Positions 27,391 through 39,949 of a DNA stretch of 64,000 bases are shown here, piece after piece. Under the pieces are notes generated by a model, which worked only from the letters and a program-made list of their open reading frames with translations, did not search any database and had not been told where the DNA came from. Position 1 is the stretch's first letter. Each line of letters starts with the position of its first letter. The DNA is taken from contig CAZPSH010000007.1 in the NCBI GenBank assembly GCA_964589625.1, forward strand, positions 9,221-73,220, read 5' to 3'. The position numbers were made by a program, and so were the translations under genes. The DNA is from an uncultured Thermoanaerobaculia bacterium (GTDB lineage: Bacteria; Acidobacteriota; UBA4820; DSQY01).

Positions 27391-27888
27391 ATGGCCGACC
27401 AGACGACGCTCGTGGCCGTCCTCATGGGGAGCGCATCGGATGCTCCCGCCCTCGAACCCTGCCTGCGAACCCTCAAGGGGTACGGAATTCCTTTCGCGGT
27501 GCGCGTTCTCTCGGCCCACCGTACTCCGGAGGAGACGGCCGAATTCGTCGCTCGGTCGGAGAAGGAGGGCGTCGAGGTCTTCATCGCGGCCGCGGGCATG
27601 GCCGCCCACCTGGCCGGGGCCGTGGCGGCCAGGACCGTTCGGCCCGTCATCGGACTCCCCGTGGCATCGGGCCCTCTCAACGGCCAGGACGCCCTCCTAT
27701 CCACGGTCATGATGCCCCCGGGCATCCCCGTGGCCACGGTGGCCGTCAACGGGGCCGCCAACGCGGCCACCCTCGCGGTCCAGATCCTGGCGGTCTCGCG
27801 TCCGGATCTCTTCCAAAAGCTGAAGGTCGGCCGGGAGGCCATGCGCCAGGAGGCTTTGGAGAAGGACCGCGGGCTGCCCAGGGACTAG
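27391..27888 (+). CDS. purE: N5-CAIR mutase (5-(carboxyamino)imidazole ribonucleotide mutase)
   Basis: VAVLMGSASD...AAGMAAHLAG signature. ATG at 27391 follows GGAGG. Confidence 0.85.
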   Translation: MADQTTLVAVLMGSASDAPALEPCLRTLKGYGIPFAVRVLSAHRTPEETAEFVARSEKEGVEVFIAAAGMAAHLAGAVAARTVRPVIGLPVASGPLNGQDALLSTVMMPPGIPVATVAVNGAANAATLAVQILAVSRPDLFQKLKVGREAMRQEALEKDRGLPRD

Positions 27889-27899
27889 AGGACCCCCCC

Positions 27900-28529
27900 A
27901 TGCGACGGATCTCCATCGGCGACCCGTTGTGGATGGAGGCGTCCATCCGTCACTTGCGTTCCGGTTTGGTCTTGGCCGTACCGACGGAGACCGTGTACGG
28001 GTTGGCGGGCGCCCTCCTTTCGCCGACCGCCGTGAACCGGATCATTGCCCTGAAGGGCCGTCCAGAGGACAAGGCCCTGCCCCTCCAGATGGCCTCCGCC
28101 GAGGCGGCCCTGGGCTTCGGCTTCGAGTTCTCTCCCATGGCGCGGCAGCTTGCGGCCCGCTTTTGGCCCGGCCCCCTGACGCTGGTCCTGCCTCGCCCGC
28201 CGGCCCTTCCGCATTGGTTCGCCCCCGGCGCCTCTACTGCTGCCCTGCGGGTGCCGAGCCACGGGGCGACGCGGACCCTCCTCGAACGTTGGGGCAATCC
28301 CCTGGCCGTCACCAGCGCGAATCGGAGCGGGTACCGGGAGGCCGTTTCCGCCCGAGAGGTGGAGGAGATCTTTGCCGGGGCGGCCGATTTGCTTGTCGTC
28401 GACGGGGGCTCCGCTCCGGGGGGAAGCGCTTCCACCATCGTGGATGCCACAGGCCCGGCGCCGGTAATCCTTCGGACCGGCCCCGTATCCAAAGCGAGCA
28501 TCGAGGAGGTGTGGCATGGGAGGGAGTGA
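27900..28529 (+). CDS. tsaC: L-threonylcarbamoyladenylate synthase (YrdC/Sua5 family)
   Basis: VPTETVYGL...SAN motifs, which are characteristic of the YrdC family. Confidence 0.8.
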   Translation: MRRISIGDPLWMEASIRHLRSGLVLAVPTETVYGLAGALLSPTAVNRIIALKGRPEDKALPLQMASAEAALGFGFEFSPMARQLAARFWPGPLTLVLPRPPALPHWFAPGASTAALRVPSHGATRTLLERWGNPLAVTSANRSGYREAVSAREVEEIFAGAADLLVVDGGSAPGGSASTIVDATGPAPVILRTGPVSKASIEEVWHGRE

Positions 28530-29241
28530 AGGGGGATCCCTGGCCGTATTGACGGGGGCCGGGATCTCCGCAGAAAGCGGAATCGCCACGTTTCGCGGCT
28601 CCGGGGGCTTGTGGAACGACGCGCCCATCGAGGAAGTCGCCACGCCCCAGGGTTTCGAGAGAGACCCCAGGCGCGTGTGGGAGTTCTACGAAGCGCGGCG
28701 CCGGCAGGCGGGCTCCTGCCGGCCCAACGCCGGGCACGTGGGCCTGGCCCGCCTGGAGGTGCTTCTTGGGCCGGAACGCTTCACGCTCATCACCCAGAAC
28801 GTGGACGGCCTCCACTTGTCGGCGGGAAGCCAGAACGTGCTGGAGGTCCACGGAAGCCTCTGGAGGGTGCGATGCACGGGCTGCGGCGTGGAGCGGGAGA
28901 ACCGCACGGTCCCCTTCGAGGCTCTCCCTCCCCGGTGCCTCTGCGGCTCCATGCTCCGGCCAGCGGTGGTTTGGTTTGGGGAATACTTGCCCGCGGGAGT
29001 CTTCGAAAGGGCCATCGCCGCCGTAGAATCGTCCGCCCTCTTTCTAGTCGTCGGCACCTCGGCCCAGGTGGAGCCGGCGGCCGGCCTCGGCCGCATCGCT
29101 TCTCGCGCGGGAGCCGCGGTGTGGGAGGTGAATCCCGAGGAGACCCCCCTCACGGCCCTCAGCGACCGCTCCTGGCGTTCAGGGGCCGGCGCCGTCATGG
29201 ACGAGGTGGTGGAGGCCGCCTGGCACTTCCTCAACCCGTGA
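28516..29241 (+). CDS. cobB: NAD-dependent protein deacylase (Sir2 family)
   Basis: GAGISAESGIATFRG, QNVDGLH and a CxxC...CxxC zinc ribbon. Confidence 0.85.
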   Translation: MGGSEGGSLAVLTGAGISAESGIATFRGSGGLWNDAPIEEVATPQGFERDPRRVWEFYEARRRQAGSCRPNAGHVGLARLEVLLGPERFTLITQNVDGLHLSAGSQNVLEVHGSLWRVRCTGCGVERENRTVPFEALPPRCLCGSMLRPAVVWFGEYLPAGVFERAIAAVESSALFLVVGTSAQVEPAAGLGRIASRAGAAVWEVNPEETPLTALSDRSWRSGAGAVMDEVVEAAWHFLNP

Positions 29242-29378
29242 AACAACGAGGAGCCCCCAGGGGCAAAGGCCCCTTCTCGGCTCCACACCCTCTCGAAGGG
29301 TTTTGACACAAGCCCTTTCTCTTGCTAGACTTGGCCCTTAACGTTTCGGGCATCCCCCCGACGAGACCGGAGGAATCC

Positions 29379-30893
29379 ATGGCCAAAAAGCCCCCCGTTT
29401 ACAAGAACTACATTAACGGCGAGTGGGTAGCCAGCCGCACCGGCAAGACCTTCGCCAACGTGAATCCCGCGAACACCGACGACGTGATCGGCCTCTTCCA
29501 GGACAGCGACGAGCGCGACGTGAACGCCGCCGTGTCGGCGGCCAAGGCGGCCTTCCTGAAATGGCGCCTGGTCCCCGCCCCGAAGCGCGCCGAACTCGTC
29601 ATGAAGCTGGGCCTCTGGCTCAAGGAGAACAAGGAGCGCCTGGCCCGCGACGCCACGCGCGAGATGGGCAAGATCCTGGCCGAGACGCGCGGCGACGTCC
29701 AGGAGGGCATCGACTGCTCGCTCTTCTGGTCCGGCGAGGGCCGCCGCATGTACGGCGAGACGACCCCCTCGGAACTGCCCAACAAGTTCGCCATGAGCGT
29801 CCGCCAGCCCATCGGGGTCTGCGCCCTCATCACGCCCTGGAACTTCCCCATGGCCATTCCTACCTGGAAGATGATGCCGGCCCTGGTGTGCGGAAACACG
29901 GTGGTCATCAAGCCGGCCACCCTCACGCCCCTCACCGTCTGGAACCTGGTGAAGGGCGCCGAGGCGGTGGGCTTCCCCAAGGGCGTCATCAACTACGTCA
30001 CGGGCTCGGGCCGCAGGGTGGGAAACCCCCTCTGCGAACATCCCGACGTGTCTCTCGTTTCCTTCACGGGCTCCACCGAGGTGGGCCGCCAGATCAACCT
30101 GTCCTGCGCAAAGGACTTCAAGCGCGTGGGACTGGAGATGGGCGGCAAGAACGCCGTCATCGTCATGGACGACGCCAACCTGGAGCTGGCCGTTGACGGC
30201 GTGCTCTGGGGCGCCTTCGGCACGACCGGCCAGCGCTGCACGGCCACGAGCCGATGCCTGGTCCAGAGGGGCGTCTACAAGAAGTTCCTCGACGCCCTGG
30301 TGAAGCGCGCCAAGGCCCTGAAGGTGGGCGACGGCCTTGACGAGTCCACCCAGATGGGCCCCGCCGTGGACGAGGGCCAGCTCAAGACCGACCTCGAGTA
30401 CGTGGCCATCGCCAAGAAGGAGGGCGCCAAGCTCCTCTGCGGAGGCAAGCGCCTCACGGGCAAGAAGTACGACAAGGGCTTCTTCGTGGAGCCCACCATC
30501 TTCGCCGACGTGAAGCCCTCCATGCGCCTCTTCAAGGAGGAGGTCTTCGGGCCCGTCCTGGCGGTGGTCCCCTTCAAGACCTTGGAGGAGGCCGTGGCGA
30601 TCCAGAACGACTGCCTGTACGGCCTTTCGGGCTCCATCTACACCCAGGACGTGAATTGGGCCTTCGCCGCCATGCGGGACGTGCACACGGGTCTCTTCTA
30701 TGTGAACGCACCCACGATCGGCGCCGAGATCCACCTGCCCTTCGGCGGCGTCAAGCAGACGGGCAACGGCCATCGCGAGGGGGGGAAGGAAGCCCTGGAC
30801 CTCTTTTCCGAGTGGAAGGCCATTTACGTGGACTTCTCCGGCACGCTCCAGCGGGCTCAGATCGACACCGACGAGATCGTCAAGGTCCAGTAG
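29379..30893 (+). CDS. NAD(P)-dependent aldehyde dehydrogenase
   Basis: Family signatures LEMGGKNA and the catalytic Cys at GQRCTA. ATG at 29379 follows GGAGGAATCC. Confidence 0.9.
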   Translation: MAKKPPVYKNYINGEWVASRTGKTFANVNPANTDDVIGLFQDSDERDVNAAVSAAKAAFLKWRLVPAPKRAELVMKLGLWLKENKERLARDATREMGKILAETRGDVQEGIDCSLFWSGEGRRMYGETTPSELPNKFAMSVRQPIGVCALITPWNFPMAIPTWKMMPALVCGNTVVIKPATLTPLTVWNLVKGAEAVGFPKGVINYVTGSGRRVGNPLCEHPDVSLVSFTGSTEVGRQINLSCAKDFKRVGLEMGGKNAVIVMDDANLELAVDGVLWGAFGTTGQRCTATSRCLVQRGVYKKFLDALVKRAKALKVGDGLDESTQMGPAVDEGQLKTDLEYVAIAKKEGAKLLCGGKRLTGKKYDKGFFVEPTIFADVKPSMRLFKEEVFGPVLAVVPFKTLEEAVAIQNDCLYGLSGSIYTQDVNWAFAAMRDVHTGLFYVNAPTIGAEIHLPFGGVKQTGNGHREGGKEALDLFSEWKAIYVDFSGTLQRAQIDTDEIVKVQ

Positions 30894-31028
30894 GAGCGCC
30901 CCCCAGGGCGCGATCCACCCAGACCGAGGCCTTCCTTCCCCAGGGCGAGAGGAGGTCCGAAGTTCGCCGGGCCTCTTTTCGTCCTCGGCGGCACCGGCGC
31001 GGATTTTGGAGTACAATCGCTACAGGAT

Positions 31029-31283
31029 TTGGAACGAACGGAGGTGGCCATGGCCGAGTCTCGTCCCATGACGGAGCGCGAGCGGAAGCTGTTCGCGATC
31101 CTCCGAACGGCGATGGAGAGGGAGCGGGAGGCCCAGGCGATGTACACCGAGGCCGCGCAACTTTGCGACGACCCGGTGATGAGGGCCGTCCTGGAAGGAT
31201 TCCACGCGGATGAAAAGCGACACGAGCGCGAGGTGACGGCCCGCTACCACCAGTTCCGGAGCGCGTTTCCCTCGGAGGGCTGA
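31029..31283 (+). CDS. small ferritin-like/rubrerythrin-like helical protein (tentative)
   Basis: 84 aa ORF with E...E..H-type ligand spacing (EREREAQAMYTEAA...DEKRHEREV). It could also start at the internal ATG at 31050. This is a weak call. Confidence 0.35.
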   Translation: MERTEVAMAESRPMTERERKLFAILRTAMEREREAQAMYTEAAQLCDDPVMRAVLEGFHADEKRHEREVTARYHQFRSAFPSEG

Positions 31284-31299
31284 TTTCGGCCCTGTTCCC

Positions 31300-32997
31300 T
31301 CAGTCCCCCGTGCCCGGTTCGCAGGTGAGCCCGCCGGCCGTTCCCACGGGCCGTGGCTCGCTCTTCTTTCCCGAGGGGCTCCACAGACCGTCCTTCCACT
31401 GCTGGACCTTGACCCGTCCCTTCGCCGTCCAGGTGGCGTTGCTGTTGTAGTCCCAGCCTAAGGTCTCGCTGTCACCCGCCCCCAGCGTGGTGATGAGGAA
31501 ACGGTTGTCCAGGCCGCCGAAATAGGCGGCGGACTCGGCCGGAACAGGGCTGTCTCCGCCCGAGGGATCCACGGGAAACCAGCCGTAGTTCGGCAGATAG
31601 ACCTCGACCCAGCGATGAAAGACGTCGTCCCGGCTCGCGTCGTCCCCCCGGATCACGACGGACCCGGCATAGCGGGCGGGCAGACCCGCGGCGTGGCACA
31701 TGGCCAGCATGACGAAGGTGTACTCCGAGCACGAGCCGGACCCGCGAGATAGGACCGTGGGCGCCACGTTCCAACCGCCCACGAGTTCGTAGCGCATTTT
31801 TTCCTGAATGTGCCGGTTGATCTTCCAGGCCATCCAATAGGGGTTCTTCTCCTCCTCAAGGGCTTCCCTCACGGCCCCTTGAATGACGGGATCGTCCAGG
31901 ACGAGTTTGCTGTTGTTCTGGGTGTAGTTCCGACGGATTTCCTCGGGAATCTCGGTGAGGGAGCCCACCCGCTCCGGATCCACGAACCATCGGACCTGGT
32001 AAAGTTCGGCCAGGACTTCCATGGAGGCCCTCACCTCCTGACCCGGCCCCACGTCCCGAAAGCGCCAGTGGGCGCACCGCTGCCCCCACCGGTCCGTGAC
32101 GTACCCGTCGGGCTCCGGAGTGAACCTGGGTGACGTGAGGAGCACTTGATTGGGGAGGTCCTGCGGCACGGCGATGTACACGTCGAGGGTCTTCACGGTG
32201 CCAGGGCCGAAATTGCGCCAAGCCTCCCGGTACACCACCGATTCCCTCTTGGGCGAGCGCCGCACGTAGGGGGCCCGCCGGTCCGCCGAGAGGCGGTATA
32301 GTTTTCGCGTTTCAAAATCGGCGCTCCACAGGTGGGTGCCGTCCCACGCCAGCCCCGTGGGATAGGGGCCGGGCGACGGAAACTGGTCCAGGACGGCCCC
32401 CGTCCCCGGATGAACCCGGTAGATCGTGTCGGTGGTCCGGTCGCTCACGAAAAGAAACTGGCCGTCGTATGTCAGGCCGATCTCCTGGCCACGGCGCCCG
32501 GGGCCACAGGCCGGGCAGGGAAAGGAGCGGAACGTGGTACCGTCGATCCGGTCGATGCGGACGAGCCCTCCGCCCCGGGCGTCCAGGGTCCACAGGGCGG
32601 CCCCGTCCCAGCCGATCCCCTCGGGGGCCTCCGTGTCCAGAGGAAGGGAGCGGACCGTCAGGCCCGAGGCCGGGTCGAGGGCGTAGGCGGTCTTCTCCGC
32701 GCCGTCCACGACCCAGAGCGCCTTCCCGTCCCATGCAAGACCCATCGGTTGGTATCCGGGGGCTTCGAGGGTCCGTTCGATGCGGCCCGTCGCGGGATCC
32801 ACGGCGTTCAGGGTGGCCGATTCCAGGTCCGCCAGCCAGAGCCGGCTTCCGTCCCAGGCCAGACCCGTGGGGGTCTTGAGTTCCGTCGAGAACTCCGCGA
32901 CCACCGTCCCCGGAACTCCGCCCGCCGCCGCGGCCGCCAGGGTTGTGCAAACCAAGACCGTGATCCACGCCACTCTCGCCGCCCCGATTCCGTCCAT
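31300..32997 (-). CDS. secreted beta-propeller / transglutaminase-like cysteine protease fusion protein
   Basis: Internal ATG (complement of 32995-32997) followed by a signal peptide. There are five or six GLAWDG/GIGWDG repeats (propeller blades). The C-terminal TGc core carries Cys (GSCSEYTFVMLAMCHAAGLPARY), His (HRWVEVYLP) and Asp (DPSGG). Confidence 0.75.
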   Translation of the reverse strand: MDGIGAARVAWITVLVCTTLAAAAAGGVPGTVVAEFSTELKTPTGLAWDGSRLWLADLESATLNAVDPATGRIERTLEAPGYQPMGLAWDGKALWVVDGAEKTAYALDPASGLTVRSLPLDTEAPEGIGWDGAALWTLDARGGGLVRIDRIDGTTFRSFPCPACGPGRRGQEIGLTYDGQFLFVSDRTTDTIYRVHPGTGAVLDQFPSPGPYPTGLAWDGTHLWSADFETRKLYRLSADRRAPYVRRSPKRESVVYREAWRNFGPGTVKTLDVYIAVPQDLPNQVLLTSPRFTPEPDGYVTDRWGQRCAHWRFRDVGPGQEVRASMEVLAELYQVRWFVDPERVGSLTEIPEEIRRNYTQNNSKLVLDDPVIQGAVREALEEEKNPYWMAWKINRHIQEKMRYELVGGWNVAPTVLSRGSGSCSEYTFVMLAMCHAAGLPARYAGSVVIRGDDASRDDVFHRWVEVYLPNYGWFPVDPSGGDSPVPAESAAYFGGLDNRFLITTLGAGDSETLGWDYNSNATWTAKGRVKVQQWKDGLWSPSGKKSEPRPVGTAGGLTCEPGTGD

Positions 32998-33709
32998 GGC
33001 TCCCTCCCGGCGTTCCCGATTCCGCCTGGGCTTATTGTATCCGATATGGTTGGCTCCCGCCCCCTTCCCGAATCGCAGGCTGCACGGCTTGGCCGCAACG
33101 GTCGAGTGGACCCAGGAAAGGTTCGTCACCACGGAAAACCTCCGATCCGTGGCCCGTACGGAGGACGTGAACCGGGGATGGGCGTGGAAGGGCGCCGCGG
33201 GGATCGATGCCGGCGGCCTGGGGCCAGACGAACCCGGCCCCTTCTTCCGGCCCTCCGCGAACAAAGACTGGAACCTATTTGAGGAGGGGGTCTGCCTGGC
33301 GGAGGCGAGGGTCCAGGGAAGACGAGCCGGGCGACTCTGGAGGGAGGGCCTGCTGTCGGCCTGGGTTACGGCCTACCTCCCGGGACCGGGCCGCCAGACC
33401 TACGCGGGCCGTTTCGGCGCGGATCTCGCCCTGCGGCTTCCGCCCGAAGGTTGGATGTATCCTGGGGGCGAGGACGGTCTCAGGGGCTGTCCGAACCACT
33501 TCCGGGCCGGGGACCGGCGCTGGGGCCTCTCCCTGGAGGACCGCGTGGTCACGGACCGTCGCCTTTCCCTTGGTGGACGGGCCCGGAGTGGGCGACTACC
33601 AAGTCGTCGTCGGTAACGACGTGAGATTCTGAGGGCCGGAGACAGCCGGCGCTCGGGAGGTTTGCGCCCCTTTCTCAGGGGCGTCGTGCTCGATTCGCTC
33701 CCCCCCGGA

Positions 33710-34980
<1,271 letters not shown>

Positions 34981-34984
<4 letters not shown>

Positions 34985-35592
34985 TTCGCCAACTCCATGC
35001 TCCTTTCCACCAACTTCCTCAGCGCCGGGAGCCCCTCGCCCGTCAGCGACGAGAAGAGGAGCGGAGGAGTTTCGGAGCTCAGTCCCAGCGCCTTGGACGC
35101 CGCCGACACGGCCGCCGCCCGCCGGCCCCTGGGCAGCTTGTCCGCCTTCGTAAGGACCACCCGAACCTCCCATCCGAATCTCCGGAACCACTCCATCAAC
35201 TGGTGCTCACCCTCCCCCGGTTCCCTCCTGACGTCCAAGAGCAGGAGCGCGGCCGATCCGCCTCTCGACTCCATGTACCCGTTCACGAGGGCCGCCCACG
35301 ACCGCCGGACGCCCGCCGGTGCTCTGGCGTAGCCGTACCCCGGGAGGTCCACCACGTACCCGAGCTCTCCCACCCTCACGAACAGGATCGCCTGGGTACG
35401 GCCGGGCGTCCGGCTCACGCGCATGAACCCGGAGCGTCCGAGAAGGGCGTTGATCAGGGAGGACTTCCCCACGTTGGAGCGTCCGATGACCGCCAGCTCA
35501 GGCAGAGAGCGGGGCGGCAGTTGCTTCGGCGCCGTGCAGACTCGATCCAGCTCCACCCTGTCCAGCTTCAAGAATCCCCCTCGGATGTCCAT
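34981..35592 (-). CDS. engB: ribosome biogenesis GTPase YsxC/EngB
   Basis: [14 protein letters not shown] (G1), DLPGYG (G3) and TKADK (G4). The stop overlaps the rho start by 4 bp. Confidence 0.85.
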
Positions 35593-35630
35593 CCCCCTCG
35601 GCGTCCGAGCCGGTCCGGCTCGGACAGGCT

Positions 35631-38039
35631 TTAGGGCGCCTTTTCCGGACGCGGCCCGTCGCTTGCCTCCAGGACCATGGACCGCCGACGGCGGAAGGGA
35701 TCTTCCGCGAGGGCCAAGTGAAAGACCTCCTCCAACGTCTCGACGAAGTGAAAGCGCATCCCTTGCCGGAGGCTCTCGGGGACCTCCGTCAGGTCCTTCT
35801 CGTTGTCTCGCGGCAGGATAACCTCGAAGATGTCATGCTGTTTGGCCGCGAGGATTTTCTCCTTGAGCCCCCCGATGGGAAGGACCTTTCCCCGGAGGGT
35901 CACCTCTCCCGTGAGGGCCACGTCGTGGCGCACGGGGATCCCCACGAAGGAGGAAAGCATGGCCGCCGCCAGGGCCACGCCCGCGCTGGGGCCGTCCTTG
36001 GGGATGGCTCCCTCCGGGACGTGCACGTGGACGTCGCTCTCGGAGAAGTGGTTGGCCGGCAGTTCCAGGCGGGAGGATTGGCCCCGGATGTACGAGAAGG
36101 CCGCCCGCGCCGACTCCTGCATGACATCGCCGAGCTGCCCCGTGAGCGTCAGCCCCCCCTTACCCGGCATGAGGCTCGCCTCCAGGAGGAGAATATCCCC
36201 GCCCGCCTGGGTCCAGGCCAGGCCCACGGCGATTCCCACCTCGTCGCTCTGCAGGACCCTCCGCTCCTTGTAGCGCGGCACCCCCAGGAGCGCCTCCACC
36301 CGATCGGGCGTGAGGACCTCGGGGTTCCTGCGGCGGTCGCGGACCACCCGGTGGGCGATCTTTCGGCAGAGGGCGGCAACCTCGCGCTCCAGGTTCCTCA
36401 CGCCCGCCTCCCGCGTGTAGCCGTCTACCACGAAGGAGAGGCCCTCCCGCGTGAAGTTCGCGTCCCTTCGCCTCAGCCCGTGCGCCTTGAGCTGTTTGGG
36501 AACCAGGTAGCCCTCGGCGATGGCGAGCTTCTCGGGGAGGGTGTACCCCGAAAAGGGAATGACCTCCAGCCGGTCCAAGAGAGCCGGCGGGATGGTGTGG
36601 GTCACGTTGGCCGTCGTCACGAAGAAGACGCGGCTGAGGTCGAAGGGAACGTCGATGTAGTGGTCGAGGAAGGCGCCATTCTGTTCTGGATCGAGCACCT
36701 CAAGCAGGGCCGAGGCCGGATCCCCCCGATAGTCCGACCCGAGCTTGTCGATCTCGTCCAGAAGGAAGAGGGGGTTCTTCGTGCCGGCCCGCTTCACGAG
36801 CTGGATGATCTGGCCGGGGAAGGCGCCGATGTACGTTCTTCGGTGGCCCTTCACCTCCGCCTCGTCGTGGACGCCGCCCAGGGAGAGCCGGACGAACTCA
36901 CGCCCCATGCTGCGGGCGATGGATTTCGCTACGGAAGTCTTACCGACTCCCGGAGGCCCCGTAAAGCAGAGGATGTTGCCCCGGGGGTTCTTGGTCAGCG
37001 TGCGCACCGAAAGGTACTCGAGGATGCGCTCCTTCACCTTCTCCAGCCCGTAATGGTCCTGTTCCAGGATCCGCTCGGCCCGCTTGATGTCGTGGCGGTC
37101 CTTGGACTCCTTGGACCAGGGCAGCGCAAGAAGCCAGTCGATGTAGGAGCGGGACACGGTGGCCTCGGCGGAAACCGGCGGCATGACCTCGAGCCGCTTC
37201 AGCTCCGAAAGGGCCCTCTCCAGGGCCGCCTCCGGCATCCCCGCCCGCTGGATGCGGTCCTTCAGCTCCTCCAGCTCCGTAGAGGAGTCCTCCCTCCCGA
37301 GCTCCTTCTTGATGAGCTTCATCTTCTCGTTGAGGAAGTACTCCTTCTGGGTCTTTTCGATTTGCTTCTCGACCTCCCGATTCAAGCGCTGGTCCAAGCT
37401 GGCCTGCTCCACCTCGGAGGCCAGGAGGCGGCGCACGAGGCGGACCCGTTCGGCCGGTTCCAGGACCTCCAGGATCCGCTGCTTCATGTCGGTCTGGATC
37501 CCCAGGTAGGCCGCCACCTGATCGGCGAATCGGCCCGGCTCGTCGGGATTGAGGGCGGAGGTGGTGACCCCTCCGTAGAGGGCCTGGTTCTTTCGCAGGT
37601 GCTCATCGAATTTGCGGGCCAGGTCCGAGGCCAATCCCTCGCACTCCGAATCCACCGCCTGAGCGTCGGGGGAGGGCATCACCGAGGCGTGGTTCACGGG
37701 TCCGTCGAGCAGAAGGTCCTGCACCACTCCCCGGTAAAGGCCCTCCACGAGGATCTTCATGTGTCCGTTGGGGAGCGGGAGGGACTGGATGATGCGGGCA
37801 ACGACCCCCACTCGAAACAGACCGGAGGGAGAGGGCTCCTCCGCCTGGGGGTCCTTCTGGAGGAGGAGGAAGACGTGGCCGTCTCCGGCCAGGGCCGACT
37901 CCACGGCGGAAATGGAGGCCCGCCGCCCGACCACGAAGGGCCGGATGGCGTGGGGGAAAACGATCATGTCCCTCAAGGTGATCAACGGGTGGACCGTCGG
38001 GAGGTCTCCCGCCCTCGAGGGGCTCTGCGGTAGGGTCAT
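35631..38039 (-). CDS. lon: ATP-dependent protease Lon
   Basis: Lon N-domain, AAA+ module (GPPGVGKTS) and protease domain with the catalytic serine in PKDGPSAGV. Confidence 0.9.
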   Translation of the reverse strand: MTLPQSPSRAGDLPTVHPLITLRDMIVFPHAIRPFVVGRRASISAVESALAGDGHVFLLLQKDPQAEEPSPSGLFRVGVVARIIQSLPLPNGHMKILVEGLYRGVVQDLLLDGPVNHASVMPSPDAQAVDSECEGLASDLARKFDEHLRKNQALYGGVTTSALNPDEPGRFADQVAAYLGIQTDMKQRILEVLEPAERVRLVRRLLASEVEQASLDQRLNREVEKQIEKTQKEYFLNEKMKLIKKELGREDSSTELEELKDRIQRAGMPEAALERALSELKRLEVMPPVSAEATVSRSYIDWLLALPWSKESKDRHDIKRAERILEQDHYGLEKVKERILEYLSVRTLTKNPRGNILCFTGPPGVGKTSVAKSIARSMGREFVRLSLGGVHDEAEVKGHRRTYIGAFPGQIIQLVKRAGTKNPLFLLDEIDKLGSDYRGDPASALLEVLDPEQNGAFLDHYIDVPFDLSRVFFVTTANVTHTIPPALLDRLEVIPFSGYTLPEKLAIAEGYLVPKQLKAHGLRRRDANFTREGLSFVVDGYTREAGVRNLEREVAALCRKIAHRVVRDRRRNPEVLTPDRVEALLGVPRYKERRVLQSDEVGIAVGLAWTQAGGDILLLEASLMPGKGGLTLTGQLGDVMQESARAAFSYIRGQSSRLELPANHFSESDVHVHVPEGAIPKDGPSAGVALAAAMLSSFVGIPVRHDVALTGEVTLRGKVLPIGGLKEKILAAKQHDIFEVILPRDNEKDLTEVPESLRQGMRFHFVETLEEVFHLALAEDPFRRRRSMVLEASDGPRPEKAP

Positions 38040-38066
38040 GGGGTTCCTTCTAAACGGGGCGGACCG

Positions 38067-39299
38067 TCAGCCCGCGTTTTCCATGAGCATGATGGGCTTG
38101 GCGCTGGAGAGGACCACGTCCTTGGTGATGACGACTTCCTTGACGTTGCTCTGGGAGGGGATGTCGTACATGAGATCGAGCATCAGGTCTTCCATGATGA
38201 TTCGAAGCCCCCTGGCCCCAACACCCCGCGAGATGGATTGGCGGGCGATCTCCTCGATGGCCTCCTGGGTGAAGGTAAGCTTCACCCCCTCCATCTCGAA
38301 GACCTTCTCATACTGCTTGACCAGGGCGTTCTTCGGCTCGGTGAGGATCGTCGTGAGGGCCGCAAGATCTAGGTCGCCCAGGCTCGCCACAACGGGAACC
38401 CGTCCAACGAATTCGGGAATCATGCCGTACTTGATCAGGTCCTGCGGCTGGGCCTGGGCAAGCAACGCGTCCACACCCTGCTGTTCCCTGGACTGGGGAA
38501 CCCCTCCGTAGCCGATGCTGGAGCGGTGCATGCGGCGCTCGACGATTTTGTCGAGACCCACGAAGGCTCCGCCGCAAATGAAGAGGACGTTCGTGGTGTC
38601 GATCTGGATGAACTCCTGGTGAGGGTGCTTTCGCCCCCCCTGGGGGGGGACGTTGGCCACCGTGCCCTCCAGGATCTTGAGGAGGGCCTGCTGGACGCCC
38701 TCTCCGGAGACGTCCCTCGTGATGGAGGGGTTTTCCCCCTTGCGGGCGATCTTGTCGATCTCGTCGATGTAGACGATGCCCTTCTCGGCCCTCGCCCGGT
38801 CTCCATCCGCGTTCTGGAGCAGCTTGAGGAGGATGTTCTCCACGTCCTCACCCACGTAGCCGGCCTCCGTAAGGGTGGTCGCGTCTGCGATGGCGAAGGG
38901 CACCTTGAGGAGTCGGGCCAGGGTCTGCGCGAGGAGGGTCTTGCCCGTGCCCGTGGGGCCCATAAGCAGGATGTTCGACTTCTGGATCTCCACCTCGCCC
39001 CGGCGCACCGAGGGCTGGGTCCGCCTGTAATGGTTGTAGACGGCCACCGAGATTCGCTTCTTGGCGGATTCCTGCCCGATCACGTATTCGTCGAGGAAGG
39101 ACTTGATTTCCCGAGGCTTGGGAAGGGGGCTCTTGCCGCGCTCCTCCTTCTCCACGTCTTCCGCCAGGATCTCGTTGCAGGTGTCCACGCACTCGTTGCA
39201 GATGTAGACGTTGGGCCCCGCAATGAGCTTCTTTACATCGCGCTGGGGCTTGTTGCAGAAACTGCACCGGAGTTCGTTGTCGCCGTATGCTCGGCTCAT
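38067..39299 (-). CDS. clpX: ATP-dependent Clp protease ATP-binding subunit ClpX
   Basis: C4 zinc finger (CSFCNK...CNEC), Walker A at GPTGTGKT, and a GYVG pore loop. Confidence 0.95.
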   Translation of the reverse strand: MSRAYGDNELRCSFCNKPQRDVKKLIAGPNVYICNECVDTCNEILAEDVEKEERGKSPLPKPREIKSFLDEYVIGQESAKKRISVAVYNHYRRTQPSVRRGEVEIQKSNILLMGPTGTGKTLLAQTLARLLKVPFAIADATTLTEAGYVGEDVENILLKLLQNADGDRARAEKGIVYIDEIDKIARKGENPSITRDVSGEGVQQALLKILEGTVANVPPQGGRKHPHQEFIQIDTTNVLFICGGAFVGLDKIVERRMHRSSIGYGGVPQSREQQGVDALLAQAQPQDLIKYGMIPEFVGRVPVVASLGDLDLAALTTILTEPKNALVKQYEKVFEMEGVKLTFTQEAIEEIARQSISRGVGARGLRIIMEDLMLDLMYDIPSQSNVKEVVITKDVVLSSAKPIMLMENAG

Positions 39300-39355
39300 C
39301 TCATGGCCTCCGGGGTCCGACCCCTTCCCCGGCAGGAATGCAACAACCGCGCCAT

Positions 39356-39949
39356 TTATTTCTCGGACCCGTGCTGAACGAGGATCTTGTCCACGAGGCC
39401 GTACTCTACCGCCTGCTCCGCCGCCATGAAGTTGTCGCGCTCGCAGTCCCTGCGGACGTCCTCGAGGCCCCGTCCCGTGTGGCGGACAAGGATGTCGTAA
39501 AGGCGCTCCCGGGTCCTAACGAGTTCACGTGCGTGGATTTCGATATCCGTTACCTGTCCCTTCATCCCCCCCCAAGGCTGGTGAATCATCAGCGTCGAGT
39601 TGGGCAGGACGAAGCGCTTCCCTTTCGCACCCGAGGCCACCAGAAGGGCGGCCATTGACGCGGCCTGGCCGATGCAGACGGTGTTGATGTCCGGCTTCAC
39701 GAACTGCATCGTGTCGTAAATCGCCAAGCCTGCCGTGACGTGGCCTCCCGGGCTGTTGATGTACAGCCAGATGTCGCGCGAGGGGTCCTCCGCCTCCAGG
39801 AACAGGAGTTGGGCGATCACCAAGTTGGCGAGGTGGTCGTCGATTTCCTCGCCGATGAAAATGATGTTGTCCTTGAGCAGCCGGGAGTAGATGTCGTAGG
39901 ACCGCTCCCCCCGGTTCGTCTGCTCCACCACGAAGGGAATGAGGGGCAT
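39356..39949 (-). CDS. clpP: ATP-dependent Clp protease proteolytic subunit ClpP
   Basis: INSPGG...GQAASMAA (catalytic Ser) ...MIHQP (catalytic His). Confidence 0.95.
   Translation of the reverse strand: MPLIPFVVEQTNRGERSYDIYSRLLKDNIIFIGEEIDDHLANLVIAQLLFLEAEDPSRDIWLYINSPGGHVTAGLAIYDTMQFVKPDINTVCIGQAASMAALLVASGAKGKRFVLPNSTLMIHQPWGGMKGQVTDIEIHARELVRTRERLYDILVRHTGRGLEDVRRDCERDNFMAAEQAVEYGLVDKILVQHGSEK

Noticed and set aside
32998-33709. Tested the long gap for RNase P RNA, tmRNA or 6S RNA signatures (GGAAAGTCCGGGCTCC and the tmRNA termini) on both strands.
   Set aside because: None of the hallmark motifs is present. The gap is kept only as an unexplained intergenic region (see findings).
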